From assembly GCA_002269645.1 (NCBI GenBank), contig NIVC01000125.1:1-64000 (forward strand): a stretch of DNA of 64,000 nucleotides, read 5' to 3'. Under the pieces are notes generated by a model. It had not been told where the DNA came from. It searched no databases and saw only the letters and a list, made by a program, of their open reading frames with translations. The translations under genes and the position numbers were made by a program. Below are positions 1 to 13,070 of the stretch, in pieces (the first letter of the stretch is position 1; each line of letters starts with the position of its first letter). The stretch comes from Macrostomum lignano. Taxonomy: Eukaryota.

Positions 1-1599
1 AGAGGCGAAGCATGTACCTGATGAAGACGCATTACTGCCGCAGGTGTACTGGCACGGCCTGGTCAAGGTCGCTGGAGGGGCCCGCGCCCCTTAGAAAAAT
101 GTTCGATCTGTTTCGAAGGACGTCGAAGTCGGCGTGAAAATATAATTCTGCCAGGCATTCCATTGTTAATCTTCACACGCAATTGAACCTACGCTCGCAC
201 AGGAAGCCTGACTGAAATGATCCAAATTGAAGGTTTTGCAACTATGGAGCAGAGAAGAAACTTTGGCAACCGTTGTAGACTTTGATGCGAGCCAATTAAT
301 TCCATTGTTGTGATTGATCATCACAGAAATTTTCTCGATTTCGCAATTTCTAATACTTCTCATTCTAATGAAGAAGTTCATGCCATAAAAGTATTGCTTC
401 TCTTTCTTTACTTGTCTGAAAAAATAGGGATTAAAAATACTTTTTCTTCTACACTGCAGATGTACACTCGCCAACATGTTACGTAAAATTTCAACCCCGA
501 AAACAGTGGTCAACTGTTCTCAGATCTCAGTCCCGAGTGACACAATTCACACCAACACCCGCGGTTCTTGTCTCAACTGTGGGCGATTCAAAATTCAAAA
601 CAAGGCGCTGGCGTAGGCTGGTGAAGGGAGAGTGGAGAGTTCTGGCTACAGTTTGATTAAAGCTGCCACTGTTACTTCTCAGTCCTCATGAACTGGTTTG
701 CTCAATTAAATGCACAGCCTTGTTAAAATTGTTAACCAAATGACAAATGCACCTTACTACTGAAAGCAGTAGAGGTCGCATATGTCACAGAGGGTTTTGC
801 TTCTGTCTTTGCAAAATATCCTAAAAAGCTGTCACCAAGTTGTGAAAGGGCTAAATCTGTACTTTCTTAGAATTAGTCTGAGTGTTAGTCTGAGTAATGG
901 TCAAAGTATACGTCTGAGTATTAGTCTGAGAATTATTCTTAGTATAAGTCTGAGTATTTATCTGAGTATTTTGAGTAATATTCTGAGTATTTTTCTGAGC
1001 ACTGGTTATCCTTATATCGGTAGCGTTTCTACTCTATACTGGTAGCGTTCTCACTGTTATTCTGGTAGAGTTATATGCAAATTTGGCCTGAGCGGTATAT
1101 TACTATTATTACTACTGGTATGTACGTTGCGTGTATATTCTTTATAGTTCTAGCGTTTCTGAGATCAGAGGGTCACGGCCTCGATATTCTATAAGTCTGC
1201 TTCGAGATCTACTTCGTCTTCCTCCCTTCTGGTTCTCTATTTCTCAGTAGCATATACGGTATATCGTCCTTCTACTTCACTTCGTTATAAAATGAATTAA
1301 CTTGGAAAAACAATCTTAAATTACAACTTCCTTCTTTCTTATCGAATCACGGTGGGCGAGGTTGTCTCTTCCTCCGCTGAATTCGCGTCTATTTATACTA
1401 TTTTTCTTGACTATTTAAAACAAAAATTAAATCGGGAAAATATTTTGGGAAATATGAGTAGTTAAACAAAAAGTTTGCTTAGATTCGCGAGGATTTAAAA
1501 ATGCATTAAATTTTTATAATTTTTCGAGTAAAATAAAAACAAGGAAGAGAGAGGCCTTCCACACATACGAGTTGTAATTACGAAATTTACGCTAACGCA

Positions 1600-2276
1600 A
1601 TACAACTACGCGAGGGTCAGGCCGCACCGGACTCAGTGACAATTTTTTAACAGTGTGACAGTTCGCCCTTGGCCAGTCGGCCGATGCAGGAGAGTCAGCA
1701 CCAGCGGGTTCTGATCGCTGCACTCGTGGCTCCTCAGGCAGTGGCCCAGCAACATCTGGCGTCTCTGGCTTTGGGTGACACTGAAGCAGGGCTGGAACGC
1801 GAGCCCGCCTCATCGGGTCTCTGGACGACAGTATCTCGGGATTACGCACATCCAGAGCGTACCGCAGCAGCTAAGGACCTGTGGAGTGCGTCCATCGATT
1901 GCTCTCTCGCTCTGGTCATTAGCACGGCCTTTAATGCCGTACGTTCAGAAGTTCCCTCCTGGAGGAGTTGAAGAAGCTCCTGAGCTGGTGCGCTGCTCGC
2001 CAGGCCTGGGACCTCCTGGATTCAGCACCATGGAGCCGAAGTAGCTGAAGTCCTCTCGCACTCAGAGATAACACCTCGGTTCGGCAGGTCAGTGTAGGCG
2101 CATTGTCAAAGCCGAGGCGCTCTCCTCGCAGAAGTCTAGGCAGGGCGCGCTGAGCAGTCAGGAGCCGCGACACAGGAGCGATAATATCATCGGCGTACGC
2201 GAGAGCAGGCAGCGTCACTTCAGGGTGCCGGGAGCTTCGACGCGGAACAGAACGCAGCTGTCGTCACAGAGCAGAT
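1600..2276 (-). mobile_element. Degenerate non-LTR retrotransposon reverse-transcriptase fragment
   Basis: Minus-strand TLPALAYADDII contains the RT YADD motif; reading continues in broken frames, no intact ORF. Confidence 0.65.
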
Positions 2277-2603
2277 AATGTCGCAGTCATATAGCTGCAT
2301 CTACACTAGATTTGTTACAAAAAACTTGGAAAAAAATGAGAAAAATCCGATATCGCGAACTGCTTTCAGTCAAGCCAACGAGTTCCACGGGAAATTTTCA
2401 AACTTTTTGCCTCCTGCTGTAACAAAAAGCTGCATTGATACGAGCGTACAGGTACAAATTCTGAGTTAAGAAACAAAATGCTGCTTTGAGCCAACTGAAA
2501 AGTAGTTGCAGCATGCACTGCAGTTTTGGCTGTTTTAAAACTGCAATTCCTAACAGCTTTGCCTTTTGCTATTCCAAAGGCTTGCTGCTTTCGCTTTCTT
2601 TTG

Positions 2604-2605
2604 GG

Positions 2606-2673
<68 letters not shown>

Positions 2674-2676
2674 TAG

Positions 2677-2735
<59 letters not shown>

Positions 2736-2870
2736 CGCAGGCAGGCAGCCAGGCAGCCAGGCAGGCAGGCAGGCAGGTAGGCAGGCAGGCAGACAGACAG
2801 AGAGACACTAAGTCAGACAGACAGACAGACAGACAGCCAGACAGACAATAAGACAGACAGACAGACAGGC

Positions 2871-2915
<45 letters not shown>

Positions 2916-2918
2916 GGC

Positions 2919-2993
<75 letters not shown>

Positions 2994-2998
2994 AAATA

Positions 2999-3031
<33 letters not shown>

Positions 3032-3757
3032 CTAAGACAGACAGACAGACACTAAGACAGACAGACAATAAGACAGGCAGACAGACAGACAGACAGACAC
3101 TAAGACAGACAGACAGACACTAAGACAGACAGACACTAAGACAGACAGACAGACACTAAGACAGACAGACACTAAGACAGACAGACAGACACTAAGACAG
3201 ACAGACACTAAGACAGACAGACACTAAGACAGACAGACACTAAGACAGACAGACACTAAGACAGACAGACAGACACTAAGACAGACAGACACTAAGACAG
3301 ACAGACACTAAGACAGACAGACAATAAGACAGACAGACAGAAAATAAGACAGGCAGACAGACAGACAGACAGACACTAAGACAGACAGACAGACACTAAG
3401 ACAGACAGGCACTAAGACAGACAGACACTAAGACAGACAGACACTAAGACAGCCAGACACTAAGACAGACAGACACTAAGACAGACAGACAGACACTAAG
3501 ACAGACAGAGTCTAAGACAGACAGACACTAAGACAGACAGACACTAAGACAGACAGACAATAAGACAGACAGACAGAAAATAAGACAGGCAGACAGACAG
3601 ACAGACAGACAGACACTAAGACAGACAGACAGACACTAAGACAGACAGACAGACACTAAGACAGACAGACACTAAGACAGACAGACAGACACTAAGACAG
3701 ACAGACACTAAGACAGACAGACAGAAAATAAGACAGGCAGACAGACAGACAGACAGA
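2604..3757. repeat. Compound microsatellite (GGCA)n grading into (GACA)n with CTAA/ATAA interruptions
   Basis: Directly visible; explains the QAGR/CLPA/CLSV pseudo-ORFs. Confidence 0.97.
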
Positions 3758-4359
3758 GTACGGGTGAAAACAAATTTAGTAGCCCCTGACCGGAAATTCT
3801 TAGAACTTTTTTCTAACTGTCCCCATTTTTGCAATCGAAGGAGTCAACTGTCAATCCTGAGTGAGCATGATCGAGATGGACGGCTATATATAGTCAGTAA
3901 CAATGGCCGAATATTAGCTCTTAAAGTTCACTGCTGCTGTTCCACCTTTTATATAAACTTCTTTTGTAGTGGAATGCTGCTGCAACAGTAACCTCCTGAT
4001 GCTTGGTGTGCACTTTTTAAAGTCAATACCTTCTTATCTACTTTATCTACTCTTCCATCTCCCTATGCTACTAAGATCCTCTGTTTGCAACCACCCCCCT
4101 TGTTGCAATACCGTAGTTTCTTCCCCAAAGAGCGGAGCTTCTCAGCTTCCCAGTCTCTCCGCACTCCCCATTTACATCTTTCGCATCTTTCGTAGACATT
4201 TCTCTGTTCCAGCTTTCTTCTACGTAGAAGCAGGAGAATTGCAAAATCAATGAAAGCCGACAGGCTGGCCCGGGCTGAGTGGCAGGCGGTGACGTCAAAC
4301 AGAGCGTGAAACTGGCGTGGAATTCCGGGCAAACAGAGGCCTACGAGCACCGGTGCCTC

Positions 4360-4597
4360 CTTTGCTGCGGCTGGCAGAGCTGCTCACTACAATTTTGGCC
4401 AAGGAGCCTCAGGCCTAGAATCCGGATTGGAGACTAAGGTCTTTGCTGCGGCTGGCAGAGCTGCTCGCTACAATTGTAGCCAAGGAGCCTCAGGCCTAGA
4501 ATCCGGATTGGAGACTAAGGTCTTTGCTGCGGCTGGCAGAGCTGCTCGCTACAATTGTAGCCAAGGAGCCCCAGGCCTAGAATCCGGATTGGAGACT
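4360..4597. repeat. 81-bp tandem repeat, ~3 copies
   Basis: CTTTGCTGCGGCTGGCAGAG starts at 4360, 4441 and 4522. Confidence 0.9.
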
Positions 4598-5129
4598 TTT
4601 CAATGACTATTGCTATGAACTTTACTGATGGAGTTCTAGGCATAGCATCTAAATAAGACTTTGTTAAGGCATGGGTTTCTAAACCTGGCATCTGCAAAAT
4701 AAAGGGTGACTATATAACCGTAGTTAAACAGGGAAGTGAGAAAGAGGAGAAGGTTGGCAAACATTTCCACTGGGTTTTCTTTCGGCTTCTAAAAACTGGC
4801 AGCCTGAAAAAAACACAGCCAACAAAAGAGCACAGAAGGGGGTATAGAGGAACTTCGCACTGAAGTGAATTCCTTCTCAGGCATTGGTTCTGGAGTAGGT
4901 TGTGAGCACACCAACTCTCTTATTCACCATCTTACTCAATCGCTGGATGCAGCATCAACTCAGTCGCCAAACATTTAGACAGATTTATAAAAGTTATCCA
5001 AATTTTATGAGCTAATTTTGTGCTCAAACAAGGAATTACATTTCGCGGAAAGTCTTAGCGACACATCGAGCAAAACTCCATGTCTGAAATTAGCCGAAGA
5101 AATTGAACTTCACTGAGAGAGTCAGCATT

Positions 5130-5795
5130 CATGAGTCAGGGGAGTTGGAAGAGTTGGGAGAAGTCAGGAAAATTTAGAGCAAATCGGGGGAAGTTAGTGG
5201 ACTCACGGAACTCCGGGGTCATGACTCAGGGGAGTCATGAGTCAGTGGACACAAAGAACTCAGGGAAGTGGATCATCATGATTCAGGGGAGTCATGAGTC
5301 AGAGGAGTCATGAGTCAGGGGAGTCATGAGTCAGAGGAGTCATGAGTCAGGGAAGTCATGAGTCAGAGAATTTAAAAAACTCAGGGAAGTCATGATTTAG
5401 GGGAGTCATGAGCCAGGGGAGTCATGAGTCAGGGGAGTCATGAGTCATGAGTCAGGAAAGTCATGAGTCAGAGGACTCAAGAAACTCATGGAAGTCATGA
5501 TTTAGGGGAGGCATGAGTCAAGGGAGTCATGAGTCAGTGGACACAAAGAACTCAGGGGAGTCATGAGCCAGGGGAGTCATGAGTCGGGGGAGTCATGAGT
5601 CGGGGACTCAAGGGACTCAGGGAGACGTGAGTCAGGAAAGTCATGAGTCAGAGGACTCAAGAAACTCACGGAAGTCATGAGTTAGGGAAGTCGTGAGTCA
5701 GGGAATTCATGAGACAGAGGACTCAAGGAACTCAGGGGAGTCATGAGTCAAGGGAGGCATGAGTCAGGGGATCATGAGTCAGAGGAGTCATGAGT
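5130..5795. repeat. Degenerate TCATGAGTCAGGGGAG-type minisatellite rich in TGAGTCA
   Basis: About 20 TGAGTCA/TGACTCA heptamers counted by eye. Confidence 0.9.
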
Positions 5796-8700
5796 CAGAG
5801 CCGCCAAAAGCCAGCTGGGCGATCCGGCGAGCATCTTTGGAGTAGCGCAGCACCCTGCCGATGCCAGTCACCGACTGTAGTGGGACCCGGGCTCCGCGCC
5901 TATCGCTCTGGTAGCCGAGGTGCAGGAAGCGGTGCACCCCGTAGGTACTGGGCAGCAGGACCTGCGGCCGAAGACTCGGATCATCGGCGAAGTCACCGGA
6001 GCTCAGCGAATCGCAGGCTTTCAACTTCAGGGAGAGTTCCTGAAGATCGGCTGGACCGAGGCTGGGCAGCAGGCTGCGGTAGCGACCTGCGCGAGGCGGG
6101 GTCCGGTGGAACTCTAGCGGTAGCTACTCCAGTCATAAACCATATGAGGCGGGGTCCGGTGGAACTCTAGCGGTAGCTACTCCAGTCATAAACCACATGA
6201 GGCGGGGTCCGGTGGAACTCTAGCGGTAGCTACTCCAGTCATAAACCATATGAGGCGGGGTCCGGTGGAACTCTAGCGGTAGCTACTCCAGTCATAAACC
6301 ATATGAGGCGGAGTCCGGTGGAACTCTAGCGGTAGCTACTCCAGTCATAAACCACATGAGGCGGGGTCCGGTGGAACTCTAGCGGTAGCTACTCCAGTCA
6401 TAAACCATATGAGGCGGGGTCCGGTGGAACTCTAGCGGTAGCTACTCCATTTATAAACTGCGTGACTGCCTTTAGAGAAGCATTAACGCTGCTGCCACTA
6501 CTGTAGTTCTCACCTGTCTTTGTTTCCTCTCTCATTACCTTTCCTGGGAGCTGTGCTCCTGCATTACTAATTGATTCCCTACTAGTTAATTGAGTTTGCT
6601 AAGCCATTATAATGCAGTCCTTAATAGTCCAGCAATGAGCACTGGGGAGAAGGAAGTGTGGCACAAGACTATGAGGCCTGAGTGGACCCACCCAGGCCTA
6701 AAAAGTTTCCATCCAACGCGCTGCTAGAAATGGACTCACCGCAGTGATTGCGGAACCTGGCCAGGTTGTCAATGAATGGCGAAAATGCCTCGGATGGCAG
6801 GATGACCGGAGCCGAAGTCGGGCCCTGGTTAGCAACAAATTTCTGCAGGATTTCCGTGAGCGCCAGCGGTCCAGTGGATCTGACGATTTCGGAGTACTGG
6901 CCTGAGTTGTCGGTTATGAATTGTTGGGAAATCCACGATGATAATTGGCTTGATTTGAACTGGGAGATTCAGTGGAAGGTGATCCCGGGAGCATTTAACA
7001 TCGGACCTATCAGATCTAGCATTTCACCTAGGAAATCGACTACTTAACCTAGGAAATCTACCAGTTCACTTAGAAAATCTACCGTTTCACCTAGGATATC
7101 TACCATTTTACCTAGGAAATCTAGCATTCCACCTAGGAAATCTACCGTTTCACCTAGGAAATCTACCATTTTACCTAGGAAATCTAGCATTCCACCTAGG
7201 AAATCTAGCATTCCACCTAGGAAATCTACCGTTTCACCTAGGAAATCTACCATTTAACATAGGTTATTCACCATCTTGCCTCGGAAATCTACCAGTGTTA
7301 CGAGAATCTATCAGTAGGTTTTGGAAAAATCTCAGTTGACTTAGGAGACCTAGGAAATCGACCATTTGACTTCAAATCCTACCAATAGGCTTAGGAAATT
7401 ATCAAGCGTCGCTCACCTGTCCTGCGCGGAAAATATCGCAACGTCTCCACCAGGTGGACAAAGAAGGGATGGCCGGGTGTGCAGCCCATCACTGAGTTCA
7501 TAGCGGCCAGCGGTATGTTGTACAGAATGGCCGTCTGCTCCCAGCGCTCCCTGTCTAGAAAGCAGCCTTTGGCGGTCTGCACCAGCTGGTCTACCGGCCG
7601 GATGCATTCCACATCCATGTCCATGTACAGGCCTGTTGAGCCAAGGGGATTTCATTAGGACCGAAATTTCATGTCGTGAAGCTTAAGCTACGTGAAGTTT
7701 AAGCGATGTGAAGCTTACGCTACGTGAAGTTTAAGCGATGTGAAGCTTAAGCTACGTGAAGTTTAAGCGATGTGAAGCTTACGCCACGTGAAGTTTAAGC
7801 GATGTGAAGCTTAAGCTACGTGAAGTTTAAGCGATGTGAAGCTTACGCCACGTGAAGTTTAAGCGATGTGAAGCTTAAGCTACGTGAAGTTTAAGCGATG
7901 TGAAGCTTAAGCTACGTGAAGTTTAAGCGATGTGAAGCTTAAGCCACGTGAAGTTTAAGCGATGTGAAGCTTAAGCTACGTGAAGTTTAAGCGATGTGAA
8001 GCTTACGCTACGTGAAGTTTAAGCGATGTGAAGCTTAAGCTACGTGAAGTTTAAGCGATGTGAAGCTTAAGCTACGCGAAGTTTAAGCGATGTGAAGCTT
8101 AAGCTACGTGAAGTTTAAGCGATGTGAAGCTTAAGCTACGTGAAGTTTAAGCGATGTGAAGCTTAAGCTACGTGAAGTTTAAGCGATGTGAAGCTTAAGC
8201 GATGTGAAGCTTAAGCGATGTGAAGCTTAAGCGATGTGAAGCTTAAGCGATGTGAAGCTTAAGCTACGTGAAGTTTAAGCGATGTGAAGCTTAAGCTACG
8301 CGAAGTTTAAGCGATGTGAAGCTTAAGCTACGTAAAGTTTAAGCGATGTGAAGCTTAAGCTACGTGAAGTTTAAGCGATGTGAAGCTTAAGCGATGTGAA
8401 GCTTAAGCGATGTGAAGCTTAAGCGATGTGAAGCTTAAGCGATGTGAAGCTTAAGCTACGTGAAGTTTAAGCGATGTGAAGCTTAAGCTACGTGAAGTTT
8501 AAGCGATTTGATGCTTAAGCTACGTGAAGTTTAAGCGATGTGAAGCTTAAGCTACGTGAAGTTTAAGCGATTTGATGCTTAAGCTACGTGAAGTTTAAGC
8601 GATGTGAAGCTTAAGCTACGTGAAGTTTAAGCGATGTGAAGCTTAAGCTACGTAAAGTTTAAGCGATTTGATGCTTAAGCGATGTGAAGCTTAAGCTACG

Positions 8701-11381
8701 TGAAGTTTAAGCGATGTGAAGCTTAAGCTACGTGAAGTTTAAGCGATGTGAAGCTTAAGCTACGTGAAGTTTAAGCGATGTGAAGCTTAAGCTACGTGAA
8801 TTTCAGGCGAAGTGAGATTGAATGCATAAATATTAGGTCTGTTTCAAGGGTATCCTCAAAACGATCTTTCAAAACGTTAAGCACCGAAATGATGACGCTC
8901 AGGTGAAATCTAGCTGGTTTGTTTTATGTTTCACCTCTGAAAAAAGCTACAAGCTAAATTTCTGTGTTCTCTAAACAATTTGTCCGATTTTTTATGATTC
9001 TACCCAGAGCAATAATGCAAAAAATGGGACTTTTTACACGTGAAAATCTCGTTTTGGAACTAGTCAGTCTAGTAAAACAAATGCATGTGAAAGAGTAGAC
9101 AGGGTTCTCTTGTAGTTCAAGAACCACGGCATAGGACTACAGAACTTAAGGAGACATTGGCAGAGTTTCGCTTGACTTTCGATGTTTGATAGCATTTTTA
9201 GTCCTTAAAGGGACTTCCTCATTATCTACTGATGCGTATTACGGACAGACAGTTTATGTAATATCGCCTGAAGGTTAAGCTGCTTGCGTCACTACTTTAG
9301 GGACCGTTAGAAGTTAAGCTTGTGTCATGACGTAACAATGGTGTACTACATTACTATCAACAAATATTTAAAGACACAATTAGCAAGATGGGAAATCTAC
9401 ATTTTGAAGCTGGGATGTATTTGGTCTGATGGGGCTTCATCAGTTTATCGACAAATATCCTTTAACACCATCTTAGTCTATTGAACCGTGTCCAGCAGAA
9501 GGCTGCCAGGATCATTGGTGAGCCCTTCAAAGTTACATATAGCCTTAGCACTCGCAGAACTGTTGGTGGACTGGCTTTTGTCCATAGACTTCTGCGCGGT
9601 CAAGGCTCCAGTGGCTTCTCCCTCTGTTTGCTTCACAGTCGCACTAATGGTCTTCGCTCGAACAGCAAACAGCACAGCTTCTCATTTAATCTTCCTTGCT
9701 CTAGAGCAGAGCATACTGTAAATTATGGAAGCACTAGCTAATCCTTGGATCAAGCCATCTATTTTCAAGAGCCAGGTGTCTCAATGACCACCTTGATGAG
9801 TTTGTTAGACTTCTCTTTTCCTTGTCTTGTTCTCCTTCCATTCTCTCCTTTTGTCTTCTTTCGCTTCTTTTCCGCTTTACCTCTTCGTAGCCATGGGGCA
9901 CCATTGGTGCCATTGGTCCTTGACCACTGCTATGGTGAGTGCAGCCTAAGCCAGAGAGTCTTGTAATGGAAATTGCATCGCCCACAGTTGAGACGAGAAC
10001 CGCTGGTGTTATGGTGTGATTTGCGTCACTTAGGGCTGAGATCAGAGAAAACTTGATCACTGCTGTTTTCGGGATGGAAACTTAAACGTGTTCTGGAGTT
10101 TAAAAAAATTTAACCACAACGGGAGCAAGAGATTTGCCCGCCGAGATTTTCCCGCCGAGGTTTGCCCGCAAGGCTTTTTTACTGCAGCGCATTTTTCCCG
10201 CTAGATTCTATCTGCATTGCCTCCCCAATGCTGAGTACCGCGTAAGTCTTAATAAAGAGATTTGGGGGACAAAGCGAAACGGCATATGCATGAACTATAA
10301 TAGCTCACCGATGTACCCCTGGGGCCCTGCATTTATACAGAACTGAATACCGACAAGAAAAATATGAATTTGATATGCAGTTACTATCAAAACTGTTGAT
10401 CGGGTAAATCTCTTTATTAAGACTTACTAAGCATTGGAGGGCAATGCAGACAGAATCTGGCGCATGGAAAAATGCGCTGCAGTAAAAAAGCCTTGCAAGC
10501 GAACCTCGGCGGGAAAAGCTCGGTGGGTAAACCTCGGCGGGAAAAGCTCGGCGGGAAAAGCTCGGCGGGAAAAGCTCGGCGGGCAAACCTCGGCGGGAAA
10601 AGCTCGGCGGGCAAACCTCGGCGGAAAAATCTCGGCGGGCAAACCTCGGCGGGAAAAGCTCGGCGGGCAAACCTCGGCGGGAAAAGCTCGGCGGGCAATT
10701 TGTCTGCGGGCATTTCTCATGGACCCAAATACAACACTTAAATTCCAAGCATCCGGAATCCAAATTCAGGATGCCAAAAAAGAAATTTGATGCATCATGA
10801 CACGTTCTGACACAAAGGCCTAGCCTGAAATACAGAATCTAGCTTATCTCAGCATCAATGCGGAAAATAAAAAGAGAAATGTTGGCCTTCATTAACCCGG
10901 GCGGCAAACATTGTTGCTAACCTCCAAAGTGTCGAATCACCAAGTAGCGACCAAAGTCGGCCCGCTGCAACGGCTGCCGGTAGCTCATATAGGTGCTGTT
11001 CAACTGGGGATAATGATCCTCAATCAGTTTAATCACGTCCTTGTCTGTCCAAAGCGCGTACGAATAATTCAGAACGATAGAACAGGATTTGATGTACTTT
11101 ATGTAGACAGCCGGAACTTGGTCTGTTTCGTAGAATTGATGCAGAATTCTCGGAAAACTCGCTGCGGCGCGAGTCTGGGATCGCACGGTGGAGGAGGCGG
11201 GTGCAGCGGTCTCTGTAGGCCAGGTTACTGGAGCAGCCAAGGGTGGCAACCGGAGTTCGGCCGGTACAGACGCACCGGTGGACTGCAGCAGCATCAGAAG
11301 GGCGCCGGCTGACAGAGCCAGACTCGCCAACAGGCAGCAGATGAGGCTGCGCTGGCGCCATCGTCTTCGCTGGCAGGGCAT
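5788..11381 (-). CDS. Glycosyltransferase family 32 (DXD; SUR1/OCH1/A4GALT-like) type II membrane protein, 4 exons, ~378 aa
   Basis: Exons 11381-10922, 7632-7417, 6901-6740, 6086-5788; all GT-AG, phase 1, total 1137 nt. N-terminal TM, FPRILHQ, WTD, RADFGRY..RHFGG|LYMDMDVEC (DXD), PGHPFF, STGP, YGVH. Confidence 0.85.
6093..6460. repeat. 53-bp tandem repeat, ~7 copies, GT32 intron 3
   Basis: GAGGCGGGGTCCGGTGG at 6093, 6146, 6199 and onward. Confidence 0.95.
7020..7257. repeat. 21-bp minisatellite (TTCACCTAGGAAATCTACCGT-like), GT32 intron 2
   Basis: Visible periodicity; 7-aa periodic pseudo-ORF. Confidence 0.9.
7676..8800. repeat. 32-bp (2x16) minisatellite GAAGCTTAAGCTACGT-GAAGTTTAAGCGATGT, GT32 intron 1
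   Basis: Directly visible, with 16-bp monomer runs in places. Confidence 0.97.
9410..9740 (+). mobile_element. LINE (CR1/Jockey-like) ORF2 C-terminal remnant
   Basis: LNRVQQKAARIIG...LSTRRTVGGLAFVHRLLRG resembles the post-RT region of CR1/Jockey-group elements. Confidence 0.6.
10132..10700. mobile_element. Small foldback/MITE-like element with 14-bp subterminal repeats
   Basis: 10132-10263 is the reverse complement of 10406-~10540; outer parts carry CTCGGCGGGAAAAG-type repeats. Confidence 0.7.
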
Positions 11382-12258
11382 CGCCAGAATTCAAACTCAT
11401 CGATTGATGCAGAGTCGTGGAATTTTAACTGGATACTCACTCACTCTCTCTGCTTAGAAGCTATGCAAACATGGGCAGCCCAGGCAGAAAGTTTCTGACT
11501 GGTTGAACCTTCTGTCTCCAAGCATCCTGGGCTCTGCTCCCCTCCCCCCCTTTGCCCGAAAAACTCAGGAATCTCCCAATCTCCCTCCTGTTCAGATTCC
11601 TGCGGCATATGGCGGGACAGCCACTTCACCAATTGGAGGTCGGGTGCGTTGTCAAGGAGGCTTAGAACCAGAACCTGGCGTCGCCACCCCGCCTTGCTTT
11701 CCGACAACTGTAGTAGGCTCAGTCTCAGTTCACTCACACAACATACGGGCTGTACTAAAAATGAGCTGCCTCTATCTAGGTATCTATATGATTGATTTTA
11801 AAAAACGCCTCAACTGATCTTCATCAAATTTGCACCGTTCGATCAAAAATCTTCCAGTGACGGTACATGTGTCGTGGCTAAGAAATTTCTCAAAAAACAG
11901 ACATTTTCAAAGGCCAAGCTGAATTTTCGACTTAAAATTCATTGTAAGAGTTGTGATTCTGATTCGTCAGTTGACTGACTGAATTGTGACTCTGACTTGA
12001 ATTGCGTCACAATGTGGAAAACACAATTTAAAAGCAAATCACAAGATTGCATTGCAACTTGGACTTGGTTTTAGCTGAAGATGGATATTGACTGACTGAG
12101 AGATCGATTACATCATAACTGCTTCTTATCAGACTTAATGTAAGTCTTAAGAATATGTGATACAAATTTATGTCATCAATTCAAATTAATGAGCTAGCCT
12201 AGATGGCGACAGATGGAAGCGACCTGGCTTCGAAGTTACTACAATAGAAATGCATACT

Positions 12259-12569
12259 TAATAATAATAATAATAATTGATTACACCTGCCCTAATGGCC
12301 AGATGTGCAACCGACAGCTCAGCCGCAGCTATGGCGCGGCGCATCTGAGGCTGCGTACGGCTGTTCAGTCCAAGGACTGGGGGGTCGCCACACACCCTCA
12401 ATCACCCCAGCTAATGCTGGCACCCATTCTACGACCTACAGCTGGGTGAACTGAAGCAATGCAGAGTTAAGTGTCTCGCTCTCAAGGACACAAATTGTTC
12501 CAGTGAAGAGAATCGAACCCCCGACCTTCAAGTTGTGAGTCCGGCGCTCAAACCACTGGGCTACAGCCC
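12259..12569 (-). mobile_element. tRNA-derived SINE, apparently full length, with (TTA)n tail
   Basis: A box TAGCCCAGTGG, B box GGTTCGATTC, core GTGTCCTTGAG..AGACACTTAACTC, microsatellite tail; head and core shared with 37785 and 39150. Confidence 0.75.
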
Positions 12570-13070
12570 GCCTGTAGGCTCTCGAAAGCAGTGGCCTCAT
12601 CCCGTCATTATCCTCTTCAATCTCGCCAACTTGATTAAAAAATATCAACTTGGTTTCCCCTATGCGGAACAAACTGCGCGCGTGAGCAGCACAATGGGAG
12701 ATTAGCTGGGCGTTGTGAAAGCCTTCATTCATTTCCATTTCCCCGAGGAGCGGGAATCTGCTTCCGGAAGAAACACCGCTATTGGGTTACGGCGATTATT
12801 GACGGCGAAGGGAAACACAGAAGGGCAGTTGGAACTACGAGTATTTGCCAGTAATAATACTAGAGTAAATAAAAGTACATTGATTACTAAGAGTATTAAC
12901 AAGACAGTTATATCAACTTTAAAAAGCTCATGTGATTTTGCTAATTCAATTAAACAGAACAAATATAGTACTTAGATTATACATACGTAGTAGATCTAAG
13001 GCTACCTAAGGTTATTTCTGTAGTTATTAGAAGGTATCGGCATATTTCTCAAATGACATTTAGAATGATC

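Noticed and set aside
166-513. hAT dimerisation-like SQASC.. motif
   Set aside because: Needs an assumed frameshift; no further support.
2486-3834. ORFs in tandem repeats (also 7044, 10305-10790, 13740, 41760, 45252, 48582, 50776, 52103-52962)
   Set aside because: Translations merely reflect repeat periodicity; no domains or splice context.
3780-4350. Possible LINE endonuclease remnant (KGGG-like word)
   Set aside because: Other APE motifs (GDFN, SDH) were not found convincingly.
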